Part shown: piece after piece, positions 28,123 through 37,898 of the stretch
How the letters are laid out: every line of letters starts with the position of its first letter
Numbering within the stretch: position 1 is the first letter of the stretch
Assembly: GCA_963703345.1 (NCBI GenBank)
Contig: OY969814.1
Span: forward strand, 2,144,001 to 2,208,000
Length of the DNA stretch: 64,000 nt
DNA from: an uncultured Chloroflexia bacterium
Lineage (GTDB): Bacteria; Chloroflexota; Dehalococcoidia; DSTF01; JALHUB01
Direction: 5' to 3'
Made by a program: the position numbers and the translations under genes
Notes under the pieces: model-generated
Told to the model about the DNA's origin: nothing
The model's database searches: none
What the model saw: the letters and a program-made list of their open reading frames with translations, nothing else

Positions 28123-31100
28123 ATGAGAACGAGAATCCGCCTGGTTGCCGGAAGCACGGCGATAGTCGCGCTTGCTGTCTTGTCGGGTCTCATCTTCGCA
28201 GCTCCCACCAAGAGCGGTGCAGACGATGCTGTGCAGTTCACACTCGATTCCTCCAGCTACAGCGCCGCGGTGGGGGATACGTTTGACGTCAAGGTCAACC
28301 TGGGAGTGCTAACCAACAACGTCTCGCTCTTCGCCTTCCGTCTTCCCTACGACCATGACACCCTGCAGATCATCAGCACTGTTCCGGACAATCCCGCGCC
28401 GTGTCCATCGGGGCTAAGCGATGTCGAGATACTGGACTGGGACTACAACGGCCTGGCGCTGCGCCTCCAATGCGAGAGCGTTGACGGGAGCGCCGATCCG
28501 CCTTTGACCGGGACCGCCCAACTGATAGACATCACATTCCAATGCGCCGCAGCGGGCAGCACTAGCCTTCAGATTGGCGCCCAAAACGCGATTGATGCCG
28601 ACGGCAACAACTACGGCGCGACTGCCGGGCCGGCCGCAGGCGTCGTCTGCAACGACGCCCAGTTGACCATCGTCAAGCACGTTGTGAACGATGACGGCGG
28701 CGAAGCGGACGCTTCCGACTTCACCATGAGCGTCACCGGCACTAACGTGCAGCCTTCCGACAGCTTCGCCGGCAACGAGGACGGCACCACCGTCACCCTC
28801 GACGCCGGCCCCTACTCCGTCGGTGAGACCGGCCCAAGCGGTTACAGCAGGAGCGACTCCGTGGACTGCTCGGGGACAATCGCTCTCGGTGAGTCGAAGA
28901 CCTGCACCATCACCAACAACGACGAGCCCGGCACGCTGACCGTTATCAAGCATGTCGTGAACGACGACGGCGGCGCGAAGGTCGCCGGGGACTTCAGCTT
29001 CAGCGTGAACGGTGGCGATCCGACCTTCTTCAGTCAGGACCCGGAGGACGCCAGCCTGGGTGAGAACAGCCTGACGGAGGACGCGGGCACCTACAGTGTG
29101 GTCGAGGCCGGGGTACCGATTAGCGGCTACACGACGACGTACGACAACTGCGCCGACGTCAGCATCGCCAACGGTGAGACGCAGACCTGCACCATCACCA
29201 ACGACGACACAGCTCCGACGCCCACTGGGACGCCAACAGACACGCCGACGGTGACGGATACGCCCACTGAGACGCCGACTGAGACGCCGACCGACACGCC
29301 GACGGTGACGGATACGCCCACTGAGACGCCGACTGAGACGCCGACCGACACGCCAACGGTGACGGATACGCCCACTGAGACGCCGACGGTGACGGATACG
29401 CCGACCGACACGCCGACGGTGACGGATACGCCGACTGAGACGCCGACGGTGACGGATACGCCGACTGAGACGCCGACGGTGACGGATACGCCAACCGACA
29501 CGCCGACGGTGACGGATACGCCAACCGACACGCCAACGGTGACGGATACGCCGACCGACACGCCAACGGTGACGGATACGCCGACCGACACGCCGACGGT
29601 GACAGATACGCCGACTGAGACGCCGACTGAGACGCCGACGGCGATACCAACCGTGCAGTTCGCACTCGATTCCCCCAGCTACACCGCCGACGTGGGACAT
29701 ACATTCCACGTCATCGTCAGCCTAGGAGACCTGACGAACAACGTCTCGATCTTCGACTTCCGTCTTCCCTACAACCATGGAATCTTGCAGGTCGTCGCCA
29801 CTGTTCCGGACAATCCCAACCCCTGCCCATGGTTGCTGGACGACTACGAGAGGTTGAACCGGGACTACGCCGGTGTGGGATTGCGCTTCCAATGCGACAA
29901 CTTCAGCGGGGGCGCTAATCCGGCTCAGAGCGGGACCGTCCAACTGATAGACATTACGTTCGAGTGCACCGCAGCGGGCAGCGCTAGCCTTCAGATTGGC
30001 TCCCAGTACGCGATTGATGGCGACGGCATAGACTACGGCGCGACTGCCGGGCCTGCCGCGGACGTCGTCTGCAACGAGGCCCCGGCAACCGACACGCCGA
30101 CGCCGACGGATACGCCAACTGAGACGCCGACGGATACGCCAACTGAGACGCCAACGGTGACGGATACGCCAACCGAGACGCCGACCGACACGCCAACGGT
30201 GACGGATACGCCAACTGAGACGCCGACCGACACGCCAACGGTGACGGATACGCCAACTGAGACGCCGACCGACACGCCGACGGTGACGGAGACGCCGACC
30301 GAGACGCCAACGGTGACGGATACGCCAACCGAGACGCCGACCGACACGCCAACGGTGACGGATACGCCAACCGAGACGCCGACGGTGACACCAACCGACA
30401 CGCCGACGGCGACACCAACCGACACACCGACGGTGACACCAACCGACACGCCGACGGTGACGGATACGCCGACTGAGACGCCGACCGACACGCCGACGGT
30501 GACGGAGACGCCAACCGACACGCCGACGGTGACAGATACGCCGACTGAGACGCCGACGGTGACACCAACCGACACGCCGACGGCGACACCAACCGACACA
30601 CCGACGGCGACACCAACCGACACGCCGACGGTGACACCAACCGACACGCCGACGGCGACGGATACGCCGACTGAGACGCCAACGGTGACGGATACGCCGA
30701 CCGACACGCCGACGGTGACGGATACGCCGACTGAGACGCCAACGGTGACGGATACGCCGACTGACACGCCGACGGTGACGGATACGCCAACCGAGACGCC
30801 GACCGACACGCCAACGGTGACGGATACGCCGACTGAGACGCCGACGGTGACACCAACCGACACGCCGACGGCGACACCAACCGACACACCGACGGTGACA
30901 CCAACCGACACGCCGACGGTGACGGATACGCCGACTGAGACGCCAACGGTGACGGATACGCCAACCGAGACGCCGACGGTGACACCAACCGACACGCCGA
31001 CGGCGACACCAACCGACACACCGACGGCGACGCCAACCCAGACGCCAACGGTGACGGATACACCAACCGACACGCCGACGGCGACACCAACCGACACACC

Positions 31101-31548
31101 GACGGCGACACCAACCGACACACCGACGGCGACACCAACCGACACGCCGACGGCGACGGATACGCCGACTGAGACGCCAACGGTGACGGATACGCCGACT
31201 GAGACGCCGACGGTGACGGCGACCGCGATCGCCACCGCGACAGCGACAAGCGTGTATCATCGGTCGGCGACGGCCACCAGCACTCCCCTTCCGACGGATA
31301 CGCCGGCGGCCACGGCTACGCCGACCAATGGACGCCAGCCAGCGGCGCCACAGGCACCTGTCGAGGGGCCCGGCTCCGGCCCGCCACCAAACGGAGGTGC
31401 AGCCGGCGCAGGAGTGACGGCGCCGAAGACGGGGGAAGCCGACCCCGCGACCGGTGACAGTGCTTACATAATGGTCGCGGCACTCTTGGGTGCGCTGGCC
31501 GTGGCGCTCACGCTGACCAGTCTCGCCATGCGCAAGCAGAGGTTCTAG
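28123..31548 (+). CDS. Large surface protein: two cohesin-like domains, two prealbumin-like beta-sandwiches, Thr/Pro stalks and a sorting signal
   Basis: Signal peptide; duplicated VGDTFDV...LIDITFxC domain; two L(T)[11 protein letters not shown]...CTITN modules; C-terminal TAPKTGE, TM helix and RKQRF. Confidence 0.85.
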   Translation: MRTRIRLVAGSTAIVALAVLSGLIFAAPTKSGADDAVQFTLDSSSYSAAVGDTFDVKVNLGVLTNNVSLFAFRLPYDHDTLQIISTVPDNPAPCPSGLSDVEILDWDYNGLALRLQCESVDGSADPPLTGTAQLIDITFQCAAAGSTSLQIGAQNAIDADGNNYGATAGPAAGVVCNDAQLTIVKHVVNDDGGEADASDFTMSVTGTNVQPSDSFAGNEDGTTVTLDAGPYSVGETGPSGYSRSDSVDCSGTIALGESKTCTITNNDEPGTLTVIKHVVNDDGGAKVAGDFSFSVNGGDPTFFSQDPEDASLGENSLTEDAGTYSVVEAGVPISGYTTTYDNCADVSIANGETQTCTITNDDTAPTPTGTPTDTPTVTDTPTETPTETPTDTPTVTDTPTETPTETPTDTPTVTDTPTETPTVTDTPTDTPTVTDTPTETPTVTDTPTETPTVTDTPTDTPTVTDTPTDTPTVTDTPTDTPTVTDTPTDTPTVTDTPTETPTETPTAIPTVQFALDSPSYTADVGHTFHVIVSLGDLTNNVSIFDFRLPYNHGILQVVATVPDNPNPCPWLLDDYERLNRDYAGVGLRFQCDNFSGGANPAQSGTVQLIDITFECTAAGSASLQIGSQYAIDGDGIDYGATAGPAADVVCNEAPATDTPTPTDTPTETPTDTPTETPTVTDTPTETPTDTPTVTDTPTETPTDTPTVTDTPTETPTDTPTVTETPTETPTVTDTPTETPTDTPTVTDTPTETPTVTPTDTPTATPTDTPTVTPTDTPTVTDTPTETPTDTPTVTETPTDTPTVTDTPTETPTVTPTDTPTATPTDTPTATPTDTPTVTPTDTPTATDTPTETPTVTDTPTDTPTVTDTPTETPTVTDTPTDTPTVTDTPTETPTDTPTVTDTPTETPTVTPTDTPTATPTDTPTVTPTDTPTVTDTPTETPTVTDTPTETPTVTPTDTPTATPTDTPTATPTQTPTVTDTPTDTPTATPTDTPTATPTDTPTATPTDTPTATDTPTETPTVTDTPTETPTVTATAIATATATSVYHRSATATSTPLPTDTPAATATPTNGRQPAAPQAPVEGPGSGPPPNGGAAGAGVTAPKTGEADPATGDSAYIMVAALLGALAVALTLTSLAMRKQRF
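29214..29652 (+). repeat. Coding tandem repeat tract 1 ([12 protein letters not shown])
   Basis: Units such as ACGCCGACGGTGACGGATACGCCGACTGAG repeated in frame. Confidence 0.95.
30085..31220 (+). repeat. Coding tandem repeat tract 2 (TP/TD/TE/TV/TA modules)
   Basis: About 1.1 kb of the same modules plus ACGGCGACACCAACCGAC (TATPTD). Confidence 0.95.
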
Positions 31549-31596
31549 CGAAGCGGGCTGCTTCGACGATTAGAAAGCCGCGCCGAAAGACGAAAG

Positions 31597-31629
31597 AAAA
31601 GGGAGCCCTTCCAAAACCGGAAGGGCTCC
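31597..31629. terminator. Rho-independent terminator-like hairpin
   Basis: GGAGCCCTTCC-AAAACC-GGAAGGGCTCC perfect 11-bp stem preceded by an A-run (a U-tract on the minus strand). Confidence 0.65.
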
Positions 31630-31740
31630 TAGTCAAGGGAGTACGAAGAGTACGAACGCCTCAATGCCTGGGCGGCGGCAGAACGTGGCGGTGAAGACCC
31701 CAGGGCGCGGGCGCGTCTTGAGCGAAAGGACGGTGTCAAC

Positions 31741-32850
31741 ATGAAGGTACTGGTTACCGGCGGCTGCGGCTTCATCGGTTCGCACACCGTCAACGCCCTG
31801 CTGGAACGCGGTCACGAAGTGCGCATCCTCGACTCGCTGGAGCCACCCGTCCACAACGGCAAACCACCGGACTACCTGCCGCCGGAGGCCGAGTTCATCC
31901 GCGGCAGCGTCACCGATCCGAGGGCCTTGAGAGACGCGCTCGACGGCATCGATGCGGTCTTCCATTTCGCGGATTATCAGGACTGCCCGACCGCCTTCTC
32001 GCACTTCTTTCAGACCAACAGCGTCGGCACTGCGATGCTCTACGAAACCATCGTCAACCGGCACCTTCCGATTGCCAAGGTTGTCGTGGCGTCGTCTCAG
32101 GCCGTCTACGGCGAAGGGAAATACCTGTGCGTGCTCCACGGCACGCGGTACCCTGGCCAGCGGCTGCGACAACAGCTCAGTCGCGGCGACTGGGAGCTGC
32201 GCTGCCCCGATTGCGGTCAGCCGCTGGAGCCGGTCTGGACGGACGAAACCGTGACGGCGCCGCACAACAGCTACGGCCTCTCCAAGCGCGATCAGGAGGA
32301 CCTGGCGATTCAGCTCGGCCGCCGCTACGACATTCCCAGCGTCGCTCTGCGCTACTCCATCGTCCAGGGACCGCGCCAGTCCTTCCGCAACGCCTACTCC
32401 GGCGCGCTACGATCGTTCGCGGTGCGCGTCCTGACGGGCGCGCCGCCGGTCATCTACGAAGACGGCCAGCAACTACGCGACTATGTCTCGATCCGCGACG
32501 TCGTTGCCGCCAACCTGCTCGTGCTGGAGGACGACCGCGCCGACTATCAGGTGTTCAATGTCGGCGGTGACCGGCGGATCACGGTCCTTGGGCTCGCCTG
32601 GATGGTCTGTCACGCCGCGGAAGTCGACATCGTGCCGGAATGTTGCACGCTCTACCGACTCGGCGACACGCGTCACATCTTTTCCGACGTTTCGCGACTC
32701 CGCGCCCTCGGCTGGGAGCCAAAGGTCAGCGAGACGGAGATCGTGCGCGAGTACCTGGAGTGGGCGTCGCAGCAGCCGGACCTGAGCGATACATTCGCCG
32801 CGGCGCAGGAGGTGATGGAGTCGGCCGGCGTGCTGGGGAAGGCCGCATAG
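31741..32850 (+). CDS. NAD-dependent nucleotide-sugar epimerase/dehydratase
   Basis: TGGCGFIGSH, YGLSK and EDGQQLRDYV motifs; CxxH...CPxC insertion. Confidence 0.9.
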   Translation: MKVLVTGGCGFIGSHTVNALLERGHEVRILDSLEPPVHNGKPPDYLPPEAEFIRGSVTDPRALRDALDGIDAVFHFADYQDCPTAFSHFFQTNSVGTAMLYETIVNRHLPIAKVVVASSQAVYGEGKYLCVLHGTRYPGQRLRQQLSRGDWELRCPDCGQPLEPVWTDETVTAPHNSYGLSKRDQEDLAIQLGRRYDIPSVALRYSIVQGPRQSFRNAYSGALRSFAVRVLTGAPPVIYEDGQQLRDYVSIRDVVAANLLVLEDDRADYQVFNVGGDRRITVLGLAWMVCHAAEVDIVPECCTLYRLGDTRHIFSDVSRLRALGWEPKVSETEIVREYLEWASQQPDLSDTFAAAQEVMESAGVLGKAA

Positions 32851-32951
32851 ATAGGAAAAGCGCTGCTCCCGCGTCCGTCACCGCTGACCGGTCTTCTAAG
32901 CGACCGGCCCGTCCGGATGCGACCCGCGTGGGTCATGTCCAGGCTACATGC

Positions 32952-33043
32952 GTAGGTGCGACCCTCGCGCTCGTCGCCGGAGCTTGTTCCCTGCCCCGTT
33001 CAGGCAAGACCATCGGTTGCGACAGAGACATTTCAGTCGCTAC
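32952..33043. repeat. Two degenerate, inward-facing GTAG-type REP-like elements (family D)
   Basis: GTAG-GTGCGACCCTCGCGCTCGTCGCC on the plus strand; GTAG-CGACTGAAATGTCTCTGTCGC on the minus strand. Confidence 0.4.
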
Positions 33044-33204
33044 GGACTCCATTCCAGATAACGACTCGGAAGAGGCAGGGAGGCGGGCCCTGCGAATCCA
33101 ACTTACGGTTCGTCGGGGGCCCGGACAATCGGGCAAAGCCCTCATATTGCGGGCGGCGGCGATTGCGCTATACTGCGGCTGATACCGAAGCGAGGGGACG
33201 TTTG

Positions 33205-33663
33205 ATGATTGAAGGCGTCGAGCTGAAGGAGCTGGTCACGCACAGCGACGAGCGCGGCTTCTTTCGCGAGATCGTGCGCGGGACGGAGGCGATTGCTGTC
33301 GAGGGCTTTGCGCAGGTCGGCCACTCGCTGATGTTCCCCGGCGTAATCAAAGCCTGGCACGTCCACCCGCATCAGATCGACTGGTGGTACGTGGTGGCCG
33401 GCGACCTCAAAGTCGCGCTGTACGATCTGCGAGAGGGCTCTTCGACGTGCGGAGAGCTGCAGGAAGTCTTCCTCGGCGACCACTATCCGAAGCGGCTGCT
33501 CAAGATACCGGCGGGCGTGGCCCACGGCTGCAAGGCGATAGGCGGACAAGCGCACCTGGTGTACCTGACATCGAGCACGTACGACGTCGCGGAAGAGGGG
33601 CGTTTGCCGCACGACGACCCGCGCATCGGCTACGATTGGCTGGCGCCGCCGCCGATAAGCTAG
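33205..33663 (+). CDS. dTDP-4-dehydrorhamnose 3,5-epimerase family (RmlC-like)
   Basis: DERGFFRE, PGVIKAWHVH, YDLREGSST and IPAGVAHG motifs; TATACT upstream. Confidence 0.88.
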   Translation: MIEGVELKELVTHSDERGFFREIVRGTEAIAVEGFAQVGHSLMFPGVIKAWHVHPHQIDWWYVVAGDLKVALYDLREGSSTCGELQEVFLGDHYPKRLLKIPAGVAHGCKAIGGQAHLVYLTSSTYDVAEEGRLPHDDPRIGYDWLAPPPIS

Positions 33664-33859
33664 CCTATCGGTCCTCCCTGGAAGTCTTCCTTTACGTTCC
33701 GCCCGAAGTGCACCCACTGCCCGGTCGCCGGCTCCGCCTTGTCGATGAAGATGAACTTGGCGTTATCGACGCGCAACAGCTCGGTGGCGGCGCCGGAGGA
33801 GGTGGCGGAGCTGCGTGTTCGTCGTCGCGACGGGCCGAAAGGTGAGGAATGAGGCGAGA

Positions 33860-35083
33860 CTAACCTGCGCGCGCGCTCCAGCCTACGTTCGGGCCGGAAG
33901 CCGACTCGCTGCTCTTCTCGCGCTTGGCCTCGGCGAGGGCGGCCTCCGCAGCGTCGATAAGTTCGTCACGGGAGGTGCCGTCTTCGGGGTAGGCGACGAT
34001 GGCGACGCTGGCGGTAACGGGTTCGGGCGGGCCATCGCCTCCGAACACCGTCACCTGGCCGATCTGCGCGATGAGCTTGCTCGTCATTGCGACGGCGACG
34101 GCGCGGTTGCTCTCCGGCAGGATGAGCGCGAACTCATCGCTGCCGTAGCGAACGGCGACCTCCGGCTCCGCAAGCGAAGTCGTCATCATCATGCCGACAG
34201 AGCGCAGCAGCTTGTCGCCCATCGAAGGCCCGTAGCCCTCGTTGAAAGCCGTGAAACCATCGATGTCGAGGAGAACGATCGACAGGGGCCGGTTGTAGCG
34301 ATTCGCCCTGACAATCTCCTGGGCCAGCGTGTCCTTGAAGAAGCGGCGATTGCGCAGCCACGTCACCTCGTCCACCTCGCTGAAGCGGCCTGCCTCTTCC
34401 TGGTCCAGGCTTTCTTTGAGGGCCAGCGTGCAATGGCCGGCCAGAAGCTCCAGGATCTCGATGTCGATGTCCTCGTGGTCGAACATGAACGTGACCAGCC
34501 CGATGGGCTCGCCGTTCATGACCAGCGGGACCATGGCCAGCTTCCTGACGTCGAGGCGCTTCTGTCCACTCTCGCAACTCTGGCGCCCCAGCACGTCTTC
34601 CGCCAGGTCACGCACGGACGGCGCGACGACGACTTCGCCGCCTTCAAGGATTATGCGGCGGGTGCTGCGGAGGTAGAGCGGAAACTCCAGTTGCGTCATC
34701 TCCGCCTCGAACGCGAGCGATGCCTGATCGAGACGCGCGTCGTTCGTGCCCTCGAGCGGCTTGGCGTGGAGGACGCCGCGTCGCTTGTCCAGCAGGAGGG
34801 GATAGACTACTTTCGCGCCGCTGATCTGGGGCGCCTTCTCCAGAAACAGCGTCAGTATCTCCGTGCTCGTGCCGGCGCTGTGTAAGAGCAACGCTAGAAT
34901 GCCGAGCTCGCGCAGGCGCTCCACCTGCCGTCGCAGAGCGGCCGTGTCCGGATTGTCGTCCGCTTGCGGGTCCTTCGACCGGTTAATCCCGGGCTCTCCT
35001 TTGGGCGGTTGCGACTCCCCGAGCAGCCATTTGCTGATTCCCGCCCTTAGCTGGCCCTTTCCGGCCTTTCCTTCTTCCTCCAA
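33860..35083 (-). CDS. GAF-like plus GGDEF domain protein (GSDEF variant)
   Basis: DEVTWLRNRR, LLDIDGF and RYGSDEF motifs; TTG start with AAGGAGG SD. Confidence 0.85.
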   Translation of the reverse strand: MEEEGKAGKGQLRAGISKWLLGESQPPKGEPGINRSKDPQADDNPDTAALRRQVERLRELGILALLLHSAGTSTEILTLFLEKAPQISGAKVVYPLLLDKRRGVLHAKPLEGTNDARLDQASLAFEAEMTQLEFPLYLRSTRRIILEGGEVVVAPSVRDLAEDVLGRQSCESGQKRLDVRKLAMVPLVMNGEPIGLVTFMFDHEDIDIEILELLAGHCTLALKESLDQEEAGRFSEVDEVTWLRNRRFFKDTLAQEIVRANRYNRPLSIVLLDIDGFTAFNEGYGPSMGDKLLRSVGMMMTTSLAEPEVAVRYGSDEFALILPESNRAVAVAMTSKLIAQIGQVTVFGGDGPPEPVTASVAIVAYPEDGTSRDELIDAAEAALAEAKREKSSESASGPNVGWSARAG

Positions 35084-35101
35084 CTAAAGCCTCCTTGGGC
35101 A

Positions 35102-36073
35102 TCAAGCCTTATCCCCAAGCTGCACCAGCATCGTGTTCGAATCGTGGGGCACGACGGTGCAGTTCCGCTTCATGACCTTGTGCAGCGCGTTCTCCAGCTC
35201 CGACGACTGGAGCTCGTCTGTGCTCTCCAGCGATATCGAAGCTATACCGTTGACGTAGTTGAGCAGCGACAGGTTTCGCACCGAAGGGATGCTGTTCAGC
35301 GCCTGATGCAGTTGCATAAGCTCCACCGAGTTCTTGCGATCTTCGACGGTGACGCGATACGCGTATGGCGCCGGCGTGTCATCGGGTACGAGCGTTACGG
35401 GCTTCGGGGCGGGCCGCGACGGCCCTACCGGCATCACCCAGCCGCCTTCCGCCTCCTCCGCCTGATGGGCCTTCTCCCTCGCGCCGGACTTGCGTCGCAT
35501 CGCCTGCCATTCGCGGTTGAGATGCCCGCCTTCTCCGCCGTGAGGAATCGATGCCGGGCGCGACGGCTCCTCTTCCTCGGTGTCAAGCAATCGGAGAGGA
35601 GCACCGAACTCGGCGACCGGCGGCGCCTCTGGCCCGCGCTGCGGCTGGTCGATGAAGGCCCCGAGAGCCTCCTCGAGCCCGCCGAGGCTGCGTAGGAGCG
35701 GCGCCATCTGCTGCAGCGTCGCGCGCAGGAAGCGAATAGACTCCGCGGCCTCGTTGATGCTGCGTTCGACCGAGCGAAGGGCGTCGGTCCAGGCAGCCAG
35801 AGCGGGCGCCAGGTCGTCTCCCGTTTCGGGCGGAGGCGCGGCAGATGGAAGCGCCGGAGATGTCTCGAGCGTACCTTCCACCAAGTCGTCCGCCGTTTCG
35901 GACGGAAGCGCAGCGGACGCAGGCGCCGGAGACGTCTCAGGCACACTCTCCGGCAACGCCCCTACCTCGTCGGTCTCCGACCCGTCACTCAACAAAGCAT
36001 CTGTCGTCAAATCCACCCCCACAAGGGGATATCGCCCGCAGCCGGCCGCTCGGGCAACGACATCTCTCACCAT
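35102..36073 (-). CDS. Hypothetical protein (acidic/Pro-rich, coiled coil, compact C-terminal domain)
   Basis: Ends 18 bp before the GGDEF gene on the same strand; typical codon usage; start uncertain. Confidence 0.7.
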   Translation of the reverse strand: MVRDVVARAAGCGRYPLVGVDLTTDALLSDGSETDEVGALPESVPETSPAPASAALPSETADDLVEGTLETSPALPSAAPPPETGDDLAPALAAWTDALRSVERSINEAAESIRFLRATLQQMAPLLRSLGGLEEALGAFIDQPQRGPEAPPVAEFGAPLRLLDTEEEEPSRPASIPHGGEGGHLNREWQAMRRKSGAREKAHQAEEAEGGWVMPVGPSRPAPKPVTLVPDDTPAPYAYRVTVEDRKNSVELMQLHQALNSIPSVRNLSLLNYVNGIASISLESTDELQSSELENALHKVMKRNCTVVPHDSNTMLVQLGDKA

Positions 36074-36195
36074 ATTGATCGGCAGGTCGGGCCCCACTCC
36101 ACACGTTCGTCCGGCAAGTAGACTACCAGCGACGGCTTCCGGTAACATCGGCTTGAATCCGTGCATCTTTGCGGGAGCAGAAAGGACGCGCCGAG

Positions 36196-37233
36196 ATGAA
36201 GGCAGTGGTGTTCAACGAGCACGGGGACATCGACGTCCTCAAGTACACAGACGTACCGGAGCCACAGGTCTCGCCGAACGAGGTGCTGATCAAGGTGAAG
36301 GCATCCGGTTGCAACTACAACGATATCTGGGCGCGGCGCGGCATGCCGGGCGTGTCTATAATCATGCCGCACATCTCGGGAAGCGATGCCGCCGGCGAAG
36401 TCGTTAACGTGGGCAGCGAGGTCAAGAATGTGAAGGTCGGCGATGAGGTCGTCGTCTTCAGCAGCTTCAGTTGCGGGACCTGCGAGGCTTGCGCCGGCGG
36501 CGACGTGTTCTTCTGCCGTCAGTTCAAGATCTGGGGCTTCCAGACCGGCCCTCTCGATGGCGGTCACGCCGAGTACGCTAAAGTCCCTGCCTTCAACGTC
36601 GTGCCGAAGCCGAAGAATCTTAGCTGGGAGCAGGCGGCCTCCATGCCGCTGGTCCTCTTCACCGCCTGGCGGATGCTGGTCACCCGGGCGAAGGTGAAAC
36701 CGGGCGACCTCGTCCTGATCTGGGGTGGTGCCGGCGGCCTGGGGACGATGGCGGTCCAGATCTGTAAGCTGTTCAACGCCAAGGCCATCGCCGTGGCGAA
36801 CAGCGACGACAAGCTGCAGATCGCCAGCGAGCTGGGCGCCGCATACACGATCAATCGCAGCAAGCAGGACGTGAACGAAGAGATACGGAAGATCACCGAG
36901 CGCCGCGGCGTCGACATCGCCTTCGAGCACGTGGGCGAAGCGACGTGGGAGACGAGCGTCCGTTCCCTCAAGTGGGGCGGCACGCTGGTAACCTGCGGCG
37001 CGACCAGCGGCTTCGACGCCAAGACGGACATTCGCCTGCTCTGGAACAAGCAGCTCAACTTCCGCGGCTCACACATGGCGAACAAGGCAGAGTTCCTCGA
37101 CGCCTGGCGCTGGGTGGAGAGCGGCGACATCAAGCCGGCCGTGTTTATCGCGCTGCCGCTTCAGGAGGCCGGCCTGGCCCAGAAGGCTATGGAAGAGGGA
37201 CGCGTGATCGGCAAGGTCGTGCTGACTCGCTGA
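36196..37233 (+). CDS. Zn-binding MDR oxidoreductase (quinone oxidoreductase-like)
   Basis: GSDAAG, CGTCEAC...C, GGAGGLG and GKVVL motifs. Confidence 0.88.
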   Translation: MKAVVFNEHGDIDVLKYTDVPEPQVSPNEVLIKVKASGCNYNDIWARRGMPGVSIIMPHISGSDAAGEVVNVGSEVKNVKVGDEVVVFSSFSCGTCEACAGGDVFFCRQFKIWGFQTGPLDGGHAEYAKVPAFNVVPKPKNLSWEQAASMPLVLFTAWRMLVTRAKVKPGDLVLIWGGAGGLGTMAVQICKLFNAKAIAVANSDDKLQIASELGAAYTINRSKQDVNEEIRKITERRGVDIAFEHVGEATWETSVRSLKWGGTLVTCGATSGFDAKTDIRLLWNKQLNFRGSHMANKAEFLDAWRWVESGDIKPAVFIALPLQEAGLAQKAMEEGRVIGKVVLTR

Positions 37234-37255
37234 TCCGGCGTTCGAGGCACGGCGG

Positions 37256-37855
37256 TCACGCCCCGCCGGGGCCCGAGAGCGGCAGCCGCCAGGGTATCTC
37301 TTCTCGCAGGTCGAAGCTCATCTTGCCCAGTCGCAGCCGCCGCACAACGTCGCCGACGACGGTGACGAGAAGCACGCCGACGAATATGTTCAGTGGCGTC
37401 GACATCGTCGCCGGAAGCGCTCCTATGGCGATGAACAACGCGGTCCCCGCCGCCGGCGGATGGTACGATCGCAGACCGACGTTGAAAAGCAGGGTGAAAG
37501 CTGCTGCCAGCAAGGCCGCCCACATCCGCAGCGCGACCGGATGTCCTGCAGCCAATATCGATGGAGAGTTGACGGCCCCCACGGCATGCAGCGCGAGAAA
37601 CGCGGCGCCGACGCCGGTCATGTGACCAACCATGATATTGTAGGGCCGTGAGGTCTCGCGCGTGGGGGTCGTCGCCTGGAAGTAGGCCGTCGGGCCCAGG
37701 CTGGGGAAGAGCCACACTCTGTCAACGGCGAAAGCGAGAGCTAGCGGCACCGTCAAGATGGCCGCCCCCGCTAGGGGCTCCCAGACGATGTTGGGGATGT
37801 CAGGAATGCGACTGAGCCATCCCGTGCGCGGGACCGTCGTTTCTTCGGGCGCCAA
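37256..37855 (-). CDS. HPP family membrane protein
   Basis: FPSLGPT, RPYNIMVGH and HPPAAGTAL motifs. Confidence 0.85.
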   Translation of the reverse strand: MAPEETTVPRTGWLSRIPDIPNIVWEPLAGAAILTVPLALAFAVDRVWLFPSLGPTAYFQATTPTRETSRPYNIMVGHMTGVGAAFLALHAVGAVNSPSILAAGHPVALRMWAALLAAAFTLLFNVGLRSYHPPAAGTALFIAIGALPATMSTPLNIFVGVLLVTVVGDVVRRLRLGKMSFDLREEIPWRLPLSGPGGA

Positions 37856-37898
37856 CGCTCTTCCTTGAAATCAAGCCGCCCGTTGAGATCAGGACGTT

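Noticed and set aside
29214-31220. Possible CRISPR array
   Set aside because: In-frame coding repeats without unique spacers; no cas genes.
28414-31260. Long minus-strand ORFs rich in VGVS, SPSA or RRW repeats
   Set aside because: Antisense readings of the Thr/Pro repeat, which has no stop codons on that strand.
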